A DNA stretch of 36,468 nt from a virus. Taxonomy: Duplodnaviria > Caudoviricetes. Location of the stretch: the IMG/VR virus record IMGVR_UViG_3300025875_000068, positions 1 through 36,468 of that record; one strand, written 5' to 3'. The position numbers and the translations under genes are program-made. Position 1 is the stretch's first letter, and the number at the start of each line of letters is the position of its first letter. Below, in pieces: positions 26,876-34,318 of this stretch. The notes beneath the pieces were generated by a model. That model saw only the letters and a program-made list of their open reading frames with translations. It did not search any database and was not told the DNA's origin.

Positions 26876-27215
26876 CGGTCTTCCGCTCTGGCTTCAGGCG
26901 GTGCTTTCGGTCATCTTCGGGTTGGCCGCACTTGGCGCTGCTTACAAGGGCTACTTCACCAAATCGGGCGAGCGGGTAGAGACCCGTCAAACCGCACCCC
27001 AAGCACAGCTTATGGCGGCCACGATTGCTGACATGGGTGCGATCCGCAACTTCACCGATGCAGCCCTACGGCTCGAAGTTGCGGTGCAGGGTTTGTGCCG
27101 CGAGATCGAAGACGCTAAGCACCATGAGCGCAACAACGTGGAAGTTACGCGAGAGCTTTGCGGCCGGTTGCGTGCGCTGACTGAGATGATGGAGCGTCAG
27201 TCGAAAGGCTACTAG
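26853..27215 (+). CDS. Single-pass membrane protein with coiled-coil C-terminus (holin/antiholin candidate)
   Basis: N-terminal hydrophobic helix LWLQAVLSVIFGLAALGAAY; heptad-like C-terminus. Confidence 0.65.
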   Translation: MTQPPHIDGLPLWLQAVLSVIFGLAALGAAYKGYFTKSGERVETRQTAPQAQLMAATIADMGAIRNFTDAALRLEVAVQGLCREIEDAKHHERNNVEVTRELCGRLRALTEMMERQSKGY

Positions 27216-27225
27216 GTGGGGCGGG

Positions 27226-27738
27226 ATGGACGACAACGCGAATAAGGATCAGCCGCTTACGATTTCAGCGCCGCCCGCGCCGACTGTTACCGTTGATCCG
27301 CAGAATCCGCTCCCCGAACCGAGCTTTTTCTGGCGTCGCGTGATCGCGTGCGCCGTCACGGCGTTCGCCTGCACCCTGGCGTGGATTACGGCCGGCCATC
27401 TATTCGCCTTGGGCGACGCCGAACGGCTCTACAGCTTGACGAAGCTCGTCATCATCGGCGCTGGCTTGGTGCTCACCTATTACTTCGTGGCGCCGAGCGC
27501 GGCCGAGCTTACGAGCATGATCCAGACCGCCAAGTTGCAGCGCCACGCCGTTGAGGCTGCAATGTCGGCACAAAATAAGGCGATTCCCGACGATCCGCGT
27601 TGGCGCCAGGCACGATCTCAGCAGTCCGTGGGGCCGCACAGCGGGATTCCGGAAGAGCCTCTGAGCGACGCTTACAGCCGCCCTGGCGGCGATTTAACCG
27701 ATTTGGATCAAGATTGCGCTCCTAGAGGCCGGCAATGA
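27226..27738 (+). CDS. Holin candidate (2 TM)
   Basis: WRR-hydrophobic helix, second helix ending YYFVAPSA; directly upstream of endolysin. Confidence 0.6.
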   Translation: MDDNANKDQPLTISAPPAPTVTVDPQNPLPEPSFFWRRVIACAVTAFACTLAWITAGHLFALGDAERLYSLTKLVIIGAGLVLTYYFVAPSAAELTSMIQTAKLQRHAVEAAMSAQNKAIPDDPRWRQARSQQSVGPHSGIPEEPLSDAYSRPGGDLTDLDQDCAPRGRQ

Positions 27739-28523
27739 GCATGAATCGAGGGCAGCTACAGGCTGTCGAGCTAGACCTTGAAGCCGCGCTGGTGAAGGTG
27801 CGGGCGCTCCTGGCCGAGTTGCCGGAAGTTACTTCGGCTCCCGCGCCGCTGCCCGTGCCGGCCAATGACGCCAGCCCTGCCTTCGCGGACTACGGCCTGT
27901 TCTATGACTTCCTTCGCGGCAACAAGATGCTCGGGCCACGGATCAGCGCCGACGAGTTTGGCGGTTGCGACGCGATCCTGAAGGCTTGCGTGCGTGCCGG
28001 CTGGCCGGTGAGCTTCACCGCCTACGCCCTGGCAACCGCCTACCTTGAGACGGCTGCGACCATGCAGCCGATCCACGAAAAGGGCGGCACAGCTTACTTC
28101 ACCCGCATGTATGATATCCAGGGTGCTCGGCCGGCCAAGGCTCGGGAGCTTGGGAATCTGACGCCTGGCGACGGTGCTCGCTACCACGGGCGCGGTTACG
28201 TCCAACTGACGGGCAAGACCAATTATGCTCGCGCTACCACGAAGCTGCGGGCGCTCGGCCTGGACGTGGATTTGGTCGCCGATCCCGATCTGGCGCTGCG
28301 GCCGGACGTGGCTGCCGCGATCATGGTCTCGGGCATGAGCGAAGGGTGGTTCACGGGGCGGAAGCTCAACGACGACCTGCCGTTGCGTGGGCCGGCGAGC
28401 TTGGCGCAATTCACCGCTAGCCGCGATATCATCAATGGGAAGGATCGAGCGGCCGAGATCGCCGCGTTCGCGCTCGATTGGCAGACCGGCCTAATGGCTG
28501 GCGGCTATCGCATCGCGGCGTAG
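27735..28523 (+). CDS. Endolysin, glycoside hydrolase family 19 (chitinase-like lysozyme fold)
   Basis: YALAT-x-x-x-ET, MQPIHE, LGN...GDG-x-RYHGRGYVQLTGKTNY, R-x-IING. Confidence 0.9.
   Translation: MSMNRGQLQAVELDLEAALVKVRALLAELPEVTSAPAPLPVPANDASPAFADYGLFYDFLRGNKMLGPRISADEFGGCDAILKACVRAGWPVSFTAYALATAYLETAATMQPIHEKGGTAYFTRMYDIQGARPAKARELGNLTPGDGARYHGRGYVQLTGKTNYARATTKLRALGLDVDLVADPDLALRPDVAAAIMVSGMSEGWFTGRKLNDDLPLRGPASLAQFTASRDIINGKDRAAEIAAFALDWQTGLMAGGYRIAA
27825..27835. repeat. Dispersed palindrome GAAGTNACTTC, copy 11
   Basis: GAAGTTACTTC in the endolysin linker (EVTS frame). Confidence 0.9.
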
Positions 28524-28533
28524 GAGATCAACG

Positions 28534-28908
28534 ATGGAATTCTTCTCACGGACCTTCGCGCTCAGCAGGGTCTTGCTGATCGCGCTGCCGCTGCTCTTGG
28601 TCGCGATGATCGGCGCCTATTTCTACGGCCGCAGCGACGGCAAGACGGCAATCGAATTGGAGAACGCCGATGCGCGGAATATCGCGCTGAAGCGCTCCTA
28701 CGACGCGGGCGAGCGGGCAGCCGAAGCACGGCTGGCCGATCAGCGCCGGCAACTGGAAGCGGAGAACAAATATGAGCACGCGATTGCTGCCGCGCCTGGT
28801 GGGCGCAACTCTCCTGCTGCCAGCGCTCTTGCTTGCGAGCGCTTGCGGCGGGCGGGGCTTAGGGGTGCAGAGCTTCCCGCCGAGTGCGGACCTTCAGGCG
28901 GCCACTGA
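28534..28908 (+). CDS. Inner-membrane spanin (Rz-like)
   Basis: N-terminal TM helix, coiled-coil region, C-terminal cysteines; follows endolysin. Confidence 0.75.
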   Translation: MEFFSRTFALSRVLLIALPLLLVAMIGAYFYGRSDGKTAIELENADARNIALKRSYDAGERAAEARLADQRRQLEAENKYEHAIAAAPGGRNSPAASALACERLRRAGLRGAELPAECGPSGGH

Positions 28909-29086
28909 GCCGAAGCAGAAGCCAACCGTCGAGATCGTCACCGATCCGCAGGCCAATGAGCGCTACAACGCAGCCATCGAGTCTCGCGGTGATCGCATCT
29001 ACGACGCGGCCGTTCGGATTTGCGAGTGGGCGGTGGAGATGGGAATGAAGCCAGGCTTCGAGTGCCGGCGCGATCCACCGCATTGA
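28772..29086 (+). CDS. Outer-membrane spanin lipoprotein (Rz1-like), overlapping i-spanin
   Basis: Lipobox LASAC after a hydrophobic signal, Pro-rich mature region, overlap in another frame; RBS GGAG. Confidence 0.8.
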   Translation: MSTRLLPRLVGATLLLPALLLASACGGRGLGVQSFPPSADLQAATEPKQKPTVEIVTDPQANERYNAAIESRGDRIYDAAVRICEWAVEMGMKPGFECRRDPPH

Positions 29087-29116
29087 TCGACTACCGGATC
29101 AGTTGAGTCGCCACAT

Positions 29117-29159
29117 AAAAGGAAGCCCCGGCTGAGAGATCGGCCGGGGCTTCGTTATT
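29117..29159. terminator. Bidirectional intrinsic terminator between converging transcription units
   Basis: AAAA-GGAAGCCCCGGCTGA-GAGA-TCGGCCGGGGCTTC-GTTATT. Confidence 0.8.
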
Positions 29160-29163
29160 CGAG

Positions 29164-30702
29164 TTAGGCGCCGGCAGCCCGCAGCTTCTTCAGGGCGCCG
29201 AGCAGATCGGTCGCCGACTTCACGACCGTCTCTTGGTGAGCGATCACGGCGTCAAGCTCCGCAACCGTCAGGATGACGCTCGGCTCCGGCTTCGGATCGG
29301 GCTGCGGCGTGGGCGCGGTCCCGGCCGGCACGGTCACGGCATTGCGCGAGCTTGTCTGCCCGCGCCGATCCTTGGCGTCGAAGCCATAGACTTCGGCCTT
29401 CACCGGCTTGCCGGCGTGCTCGGGCGGCACCGTCAGAACGATCTCTTTGCCCTCAAAGCCCTCGCCGACGATGGGAGCGCCCTGGCCGTTGATGCGAAGC
29501 TCGGCGTAGCCGCGCACCACAGGGCCGTTCTTCCACTCCGGCATCGGCACCCGCACGCGGTTGTCCGAAGTCAGACTGATCTCGATCTGCGTTCGCGCCT
29601 GGGGCGGTTCCGTGCTGGTGGTCGGCACCGGCTCGGTTGGCTTGGGATCGGGCTGCGGCGTGGGCGGCGTCGGCGTCGGCGTCGTCGCACCGCCGATGAC
29701 GATCTCCTTCCAGGCTTTTGCGTAAGCCGTCATGCCTGCGGTCGGCTGATCGCGCACGATCTTCGCAAAGCTGTCGTCCGCAGACCAATTCGTTGCGATC
29801 CACGGCGCAGCGCCCCACAGCACGTCCGCGAATTCCTTCAGGAACGCAACGAAGTGCGGGACAACTGCGACGCCGATTGCGGTGTTTGGCAGCCCGAATT
29901 CACCGAAGAACAGCTTCAGGCCGAGCGCCCGCGCCTTCTCAAGCTGCTTCCGCTCTTCGGCCAGGTTCGCTTTGACCTTGGCCCCGAGATCGGCCGCCGT
30001 GGCGTCCGCGTCCGTCAGATTCCACAGGCGCGGATCGTTGCCCTCATTGCCGGGATCGAAGTAGCGGTGGACGGAGATCACAAGCGGGTTGCCCCGCGTC
30101 TTCAGCAACGCCAGGCCAGGCGCATCTTCCGTGATCCGCGTGATCCCGCCCCAACTGGCCGTTGTGCCGATCAGGGTGTTGGTGCGGAAGCCCTGGTTCC
30201 ATATTTCGTCGAAGAAGGCGTTCTGCACGTCCCACGTCAGCGGTGCCGCGACGTTGACCATCTCGTTGCCGACTTCAAACGCAATACGGGTGTCGTTCTT
30301 ATACTCGGGGAAGATGCGGCCGTAGAGCCGCGCCAGATCGCGAGCGGACTCGACCGTATGCGTCTTCGTGAGCGCATAGGTCGGCCGGCTATCGGTGCCG
30401 CCGTTGCGGACTGCCGGCGTCGTTTTGCCGTAAGTGTGATCGTCGATCACGATCACCGCTTCGGGGTTGGCCGCATGGATCGCGGCGATGCTCTTCTTGT
30501 AGGCGTCCACCGTGGCCGTCTGGATCGGCCCGCCTGGCGTAAGCTCGAAGCGATGGCGCTTGTGCGCGATCCGAGCACCCTGGAAGCCCAAGCCGGCGAC
30601 AAGCGCGATCTCGCTCGTCGTGGGAAAGTTGAAGTCCTGGCCGAGATTGGCGCCGTTGCTGTCGCCGTGGCCGCCTGCGCCAAGATTGATGAGATGCAGC
30701 AT
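29164..30702 (-). CDS. Glycoside hydrolase family 5 (cellulase/endoglucanase-like) with Pro/Thr linkers and C-terminal domain
   Basis: IDDHTYG, acid/base FEVGNEM, SVHRYFD, nucleophile FFGEFG, terminal PW; PTPTPPTPQPDPKP linker. Confidence 0.8.
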   Translation of the reverse strand: MLHLINLGAGGHGDSNGANLGQDFNFPTTSEIALVAGLGFQGARIAHKRHRFELTPGGPIQTATVDAYKKSIAAIHAANPEAVIVIDDHTYGKTTPAVRNGGTDSRPTYALTKTHTVESARDLARLYGRIFPEYKNDTRIAFEVGNEMVNVAAPLTWDVQNAFFDEIWNQGFRTNTLIGTTASWGGITRITEDAPGLALLKTRGNPLVISVHRYFDPGNEGNDPRLWNLTDADATAADLGAKVKANLAEERKQLEKARALGLKLFFGEFGLPNTAIGVAVVPHFVAFLKEFADVLWGAAPWIATNWSADDSFAKIVRDQPTAGMTAYAKAWKEIVIGGATTPTPTPPTPQPDPKPTEPVPTTSTEPPQARTQIEISLTSDNRVRVPMPEWKNGPVVRGYAELRINGQGAPIVGEGFEGKEIVLTVPPEHAGKPVKAEVYGFDAKDRRGQTSSRNAVTVPAGTAPTPQPDPKPEPSVILTVAELDAVIAHQETVVKSATDLLGALKKLRAAGA

Positions 30703-30740
30703 GATCGAGTCGTCCCTCTATATGCCCCAAAATGGGACAT

Positions 30741-30770
30741 TTGACGACCTTAGACCGATTCGGCTATACG
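30741..30770 (+). promoter_or_regulatory. Putative sigma70 promoter facing the non-coding region
   Basis: TTGACG...GCTATAC, close to the alphaproteobacterial CTTGAC-N17/18-CTATAT consensus. Confidence 0.55.
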
Positions 30771-30774
30771 GCCA

Positions 30775-31111
30775 AGGCCGGGGTTTGTTCCTCTTTCCTC
30801 GGCGCCTCTGCCGGTCGGTCCACCGGGAGATCAGGACTGCGGGATCGCGGTCGGGGCGGCTCCTTTCCTCGCAAGACAGGGGCCGCCCTTCTTGTGTCGC
30901 CTCTGTGAAGCCGTGCGATTAAGCGTTGACCTACCTTTTACCCTAGCGAAGCCGACTTGGGGTGGCTCACAGACCTTGCTTTCCTGCGGTTTCCCTCAGA
31001 AACGCTCGATATGTTTTGGCGGGTGAGAGCTTGCTGCTCCCGGTAATTACCTTCGCACGACTTCACGGAAGCGACACAGGGCGGTGACAGGAGAAGCAGC
31101 ACCGCCCTGTG
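30775..31111 (+). ncRNA. Candidate structured non-coding RNA(s)
   Basis: No credible ORF; tandem hairpins with G-U pairs and a GCAA tetraloop on the + strand; long-range stem 30891-30918/31053-31080; terminal 12-bp hairpin 31075-31111. Confidence 0.45.
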
Positions 31112-31120
31112 CCTGGTCGA

Positions 31121-32341
31121 TCAGATATCGTCCGGATCGTCGTTGTCAACGGTCGGAACGCTCGGCGGCATGATCGCCTGCTCGCCATCGTCCTCGGAAG
31201 TTGCTTCCGGAGCCGGAGCTTCAGGCGCCGCTTCGGGGGCAGGAGCCGGGGCAGCAGCAGCCGCAGGCTTCGCGCCGCCTCCACTCTTCTTCGCGCCGCC
31301 TCCACTCTTCTTCGCGCCGCCGCCGCTCTTCTTCGCCGCAGTCGGCTTGGCAGCGGGCTTCGCGGCAGCGGGCTTCGCGGCGGCCGGTGCCGGGGCAGGC
31401 TCGGGAGCCGGGACGGTGATCGCAATCGTGATCGAGCCATCCGTGGTGAGCGCCTGGCTCTCGGCGTCAGCCGGGATGCCGGTGACTTCGCGCACCTTGC
31501 CGGCGATGGCCGCGAGCACGGCCTTCACCGAGTCACCCTGGCCGAGCGACACGTCATGCCGAATCGTCTGCATCTTCGGGCCGGCGAGATGCTTCTTGGT
31601 GGCCTTGGACTTGCCGGCCGCCTTGGCGCTGTTGACGGCTGCGACGATCTTTTCTTCGGCCTTCTTCGGGTCCTTCGTCTTGCGAAGGGTCTCGATTGCC
31701 AGCGTCGAGGACACGTTGCCTTCGAGCACGGCCGTCCGGACCTTGGCCGGCGCCCCGACGAGCACCAGCAGATCGTCGATGTAGCGCCCGGTCACGCTCA
31801 GGCGCTTGGCGATGGTCTCCTTGTCGAACAGTGGCTCGTCACCGTTCTTCATGCCCATGAGGCGCGAGACGACGACGCCCTGCTCGTAAGGCGTCAACGG
31901 CCGGCCGCTGTTCTCCTGCACCAGCGCAATCGTCAGATCGGCGATGCTGGAGTCGGCTGGCTTGAGCGAGATCGGCAAGCCGGGGATCGTCTCGTTGTCG
32001 TCCACGGCTTCGGCGTTGATCGCGTTGACGGCTTCGAGCCGCGTGTGGCCGTCCGTGACATAGATCACGTCAGCTTCACCGTCCTTGCCGATGAAGCCGG
32101 CCAGGGGCTTGTTCTGATAATAGCCGTTCTCGCGGATCGACTGCTTCAGGCTCTCGACGTGGCCCTGATAGTCGTCGGTCTCGCGAACGCGGACGTTGAA
32201 ACCAGGGAGCACCCGAAGCTGATCGACGGGAACGATGAAGTCGGTGTTCTTGCCGGTCGCGACGGAGATCGCGCCCTTCTGCTTGCCCGCTTCGAGCGTG
32301 AGATCGAGATTGATGGGCGGGAGAGTCATTTTCTTCGACAT
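31121..32341 (-). CDS. ParB/Srx-family DNA-binding protein with HTH and Ala/Lys/Pro-rich tail
   Basis: GFNVR, L-x-x-SI-x-x-NG, VTDGHTRLEA (GxxR motif), QENSGRPLTPYE, HTH KETIAKRLSVTGRYIDDLL. Confidence 0.88.
   Translation of the reverse strand: MSKKMTLPPINLDLTLEAGKQKGAISVATGKNTDFIVPVDQLRVLPGFNVRVRETDDYQGHVESLKQSIRENGYYQNKPLAGFIGKDGEADVIYVTDGHTRLEAVNAINAEAVDDNETIPGLPISLKPADSSIADLTIALVQENSGRPLTPYEQGVVVSRLMGMKNGDEPLFDKETIAKRLSVTGRYIDDLLVLVGAPAKVRTAVLEGNVSSTLAIETLRKTKDPKKAEEKIVAAVNSAKAAGKSKATKKHLAGPKMQTIRHDVSLGQGDSVKAVLAAIAGKVREVTGIPADAESQALTTDGSITIAITVPAPEPAPAPAAAKPAAAKPAAKPTAAKKSGGGAKKSGGGAKKSGGGAKPAAAAAPAPAPEAAPEAPAPEATSEDDGEQAIMPPSVPTVDNDDPDDI
31269..31335. repeat. Three tandem 21-bp units encoding AKKSGGG in the ParB-like tail
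   Basis: TTCGCGCCGCCTCCACTCTTC x2 plus a third synonymous variant. Confidence 0.85.
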
Positions 32342-32373
32342 GGTGAATTCCTTCCTCTTTCGGCGTCAGCGCA

Positions 32374-32658
32374 TTAGTGCAAACCGAGAGCGTTCCGATA
32401 AGTTTCGAGCAAGGCGTCCTGCTCGTCGCGTGCGTGCTTCTCCATCTTCCGGAGCCTCACGATCTGCCGCATGATCTTGGAGTCAAATCCGGTTGCCTTG
32501 GCTTCCGAATAAACGTCCTTGATATCGTCGGCGACGCCCTTCTTCTCTTCTTCCAGGCGCTCGATGCGCTCGATGAAGAGCCGAAGCTGTTCGGCCGACA
32601 CGTCGCCGTCCGAATTATGGCCCGCTTTCACACGCGGATTGATTGGCTTGTCGGTCAC
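32374..32658 (-). CDS. gapR: GapR-family nucleoid-associated protein (DUF2312)
   Basis: GHNS...[38 protein letters not shown][12 protein letters not shown]; start taken at GTG 32658 after GAGGAA. Confidence 0.93.
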   Translation of the reverse strand: MTDKPINPRVKAGHNSDGDVSAEQLRLFIERIERLEEEKKGVADDIKDVYSEAKATGFDSKIMRQIVRLRKMEKHARDEQDALLETYRNALGLH

Positions 32659-32689
32659 TCTCGTCACTTCCTCGCTTGTGACGCCGATT

Positions 32690-32718
32690 GCTCTGCTCGC
32701 AATCGTGCGGGTTGTCAA
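32690..32718 (-). promoter_or_regulatory. Putative promoter of the gapR-parB pair
   Basis: TTGACA-N17-CAGAGC on the - strand; shares GCGAGYAGAGC with the 26309-26337 element. Confidence 0.4.
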
Positions 32719-32739
32719 TTCACTGTTTCGGCTTGACGG

Positions 32740-32756
32740 GCGGAAGTTACTTCCGC
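32740..32756. repeat. Dispersed palindrome copy 12, longest form (17 bp, intergenic)
   Basis: GCGGAAGTTACTTCCGC, about 20 bp upstream of the putative gapR-parB -35 box. Confidence 0.9.
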
Positions 32757-32762
32757 GCAGAG

Positions 32763-33035
32763 CTACGGCTGTCCCGATTCGGGACTTGCGGCTCGCGGCG
32801 TGAGCGTGATCGTCATCGCGCCGCCTGTGTCGTAGTGCGAGATCATGTCGAAGTCGCGCACGATGGCTGAGAGATCGTCGGGGGTGATCGTGACGGTGGG
32901 CGGGTCCTCGCCCTCACACGGGGGCTTGGTCTTCAGCAGGACGGCCGCCGCGACCATCTCAATCACCAGGGCGTCGCGGCGACTTTCGGCGTCAGCCATC
33001 ATCGCCATGACATTGTTGAATTCAGCGTCCTTCAC
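32763..33035 (-). CDS. Hypothetical protein (90 aa)
   Basis: GTG start overlapping upstream TGA, GGAG upstream. Confidence 0.6.
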   Translation of the reverse strand: MKDAEFNNVMAMMADAESRRDALVIEMVAAAVLLKTKPPCEGEDPPTVTITPDDLSAIVRDFDMISHYDTGGAMTITLTPRAASPESGQP

Positions 33036-33328
33036 TTTGGCTCCACTTGGCTGAGCACGGATGCCGCCAGGCTTTCCGCGTCGTCGATAAAGGGCTTGAG
33101 CGCTTTCGCGAAGATGCCGACGAGATGATCCGTCATGTCGCACCCGCAGATCGCGCTATACTTCTCGGGATCGAGATCGGAATTCGTAATCGCGGTGGCG
33201 AAGGCGCTCTTGATCTCGTCGTTGAGGATGGCACGGTTCTGCTCGATAGGGCCGCCCTGCTTCGCGGTCTGCATGATCGCGCTGGCCGTGCCGCCCATCT
33301 TCTTGCTGCTCTTCCGTGCCATCCTCAT
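33032..33328 (-). CDS. Hypothetical protein (about 97 aa)
   Basis: RBS GGGAG, operon-like packing, good codon usage. Confidence 0.7.
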   Translation of the reverse strand: MRMARKSSKKMGGTASAIMQTAKQGGPIEQNRAILNDEIKSAFATAITNSDLDPEKYSAICGCDMTDHLVGIFAKALKPFIDDAESLAASVLSQVEPK

Positions 33329-33337
33329 TCTCCCTGG

Positions 33338-34318
33338 TTAGGTGCGCTTGCCGTCTTCCTTGAGGCGGTTTTCGATCTTGTGATCTTCCCGCGTCGCGTT
33401 GAAGGCGAGCTTACCGTCGATCATCATAGCAACGTCCTGCGGCGCAAGGAAGTCGGCCGTTTCTGGATCGCCAATGGCGGCCGGCGTCTTGCGGATCGCC
33501 TCGTAACGCCAAGCGATCTCGCAAATCTCCTTGAACATGCGATCACCGGGATTGTTCGCGGGATCGGGCTGGATGATTCGGCCGGCTAAGAGGGCTCCGC
33601 AGAAGTCGGCCATGCGGATCGCGAGGTCGCCCATCTCGACGCCGAGCGCCGGGAATTGCGGCAGCTTGTCGTCCGCGCAGCCTTGAAGCCAGCCCTCATA
33701 GGCTTCGGCCATCTCTGTCACCATAAGGATCAGAAGCTCGCCAGGGCTGCGCTTCTTCGGGGCGCCCGTGTCGATATCGGTCCACCAGCCGGCCTTCACG
33801 TTCCGCAAATGAACGTCCGTGAAGAACAGCCGCAGCGCCGACTCATGCTTGGTGCCGGTGTCGTTCGACTCGTTGTATGGGATGATTCGCCCTTCGAGCA
33901 CGACTTCGGGCAGATGAAGACCCTGGCGGAAGTCCTGGGCCATCGCAAGGAAGGCGTTGGCCGTCACTTCGAGATGCGGGGCGATGGCCGGCCGCTGCTT
34001 CGCCAGATTGCCGGCTGACGCCGCTTTCTGCTCGCACAGCCGCGCCGCAAGCTCCCGTTCTTCGACGTTGCCGGTGACTTCGAGCAGCTTGGGTGTCTCA
34101 AGCCGTGCTGCGTGCGCTCGCTCGATCTCCTGCTCGACGACGCCCGCCGCATGGATAATATCGGGCCATTGGTGCGTGCCACCTTCTTCAACTGGCGCGA
34201 GTAAGGCGACGAGATTGGCGGCGGCGGTTTCGAGCGGCGTAGCAAGATTGAGCAGCGGTGTCACGTCATAGACAGCCTGGATATCCGCTACTGCGTCTTC
34301 AACGGTTACATCGGTCAT
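33338..34318 (-). CDS. MazG-like NTP pyrophosphohydrolase domain protein with N-terminal extension
   Basis: GWW...GELLILMVTEMAEAYEG...DDKLP...VEMGDLAIRMADFCG and K-x-x-FN-x-x-R-x-DHK...R...GK end. Confidence 0.8.
   Translation of the reverse strand: MTDVTVEDAVADIQAVYDVTPLLNLATPLETAAANLVALLAPVEEGGTHQWPDIIHAAGVVEQEIERAHAARLETPKLLEVTGNVEERELAARLCEQKAASAGNLAKQRPAIAPHLEVTANAFLAMAQDFRQGLHLPEVVLEGRIIPYNESNDTGTKHESALRLFFTDVHLRNVKAGWWTDIDTGAPKKRSPGELLILMVTEMAEAYEGWLQGCADDKLPQFPALGVEMGDLAIRMADFCGALLAGRIIQPDPANNPGDRMFKEICEIAWRYEAIRKTPAAIGDPETADFLAPQDVAMMIDGKLAFNATREDHKIENRLKEDGKRT

Noticed and set aside
30723-30739. Imperfect inverted repeat TGCCCCA-AAA-TGGGACA next to the 30741 promoter
   Set aside because: Single copy with a mismatch; cannot be distinguished from chance.
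31075-31111. 12-bp hairpin after parB as a classical intrinsic terminator
   Set aside because: No U-tract on either side and a 13-nt loop; treated as part of the candidate structured RNA.
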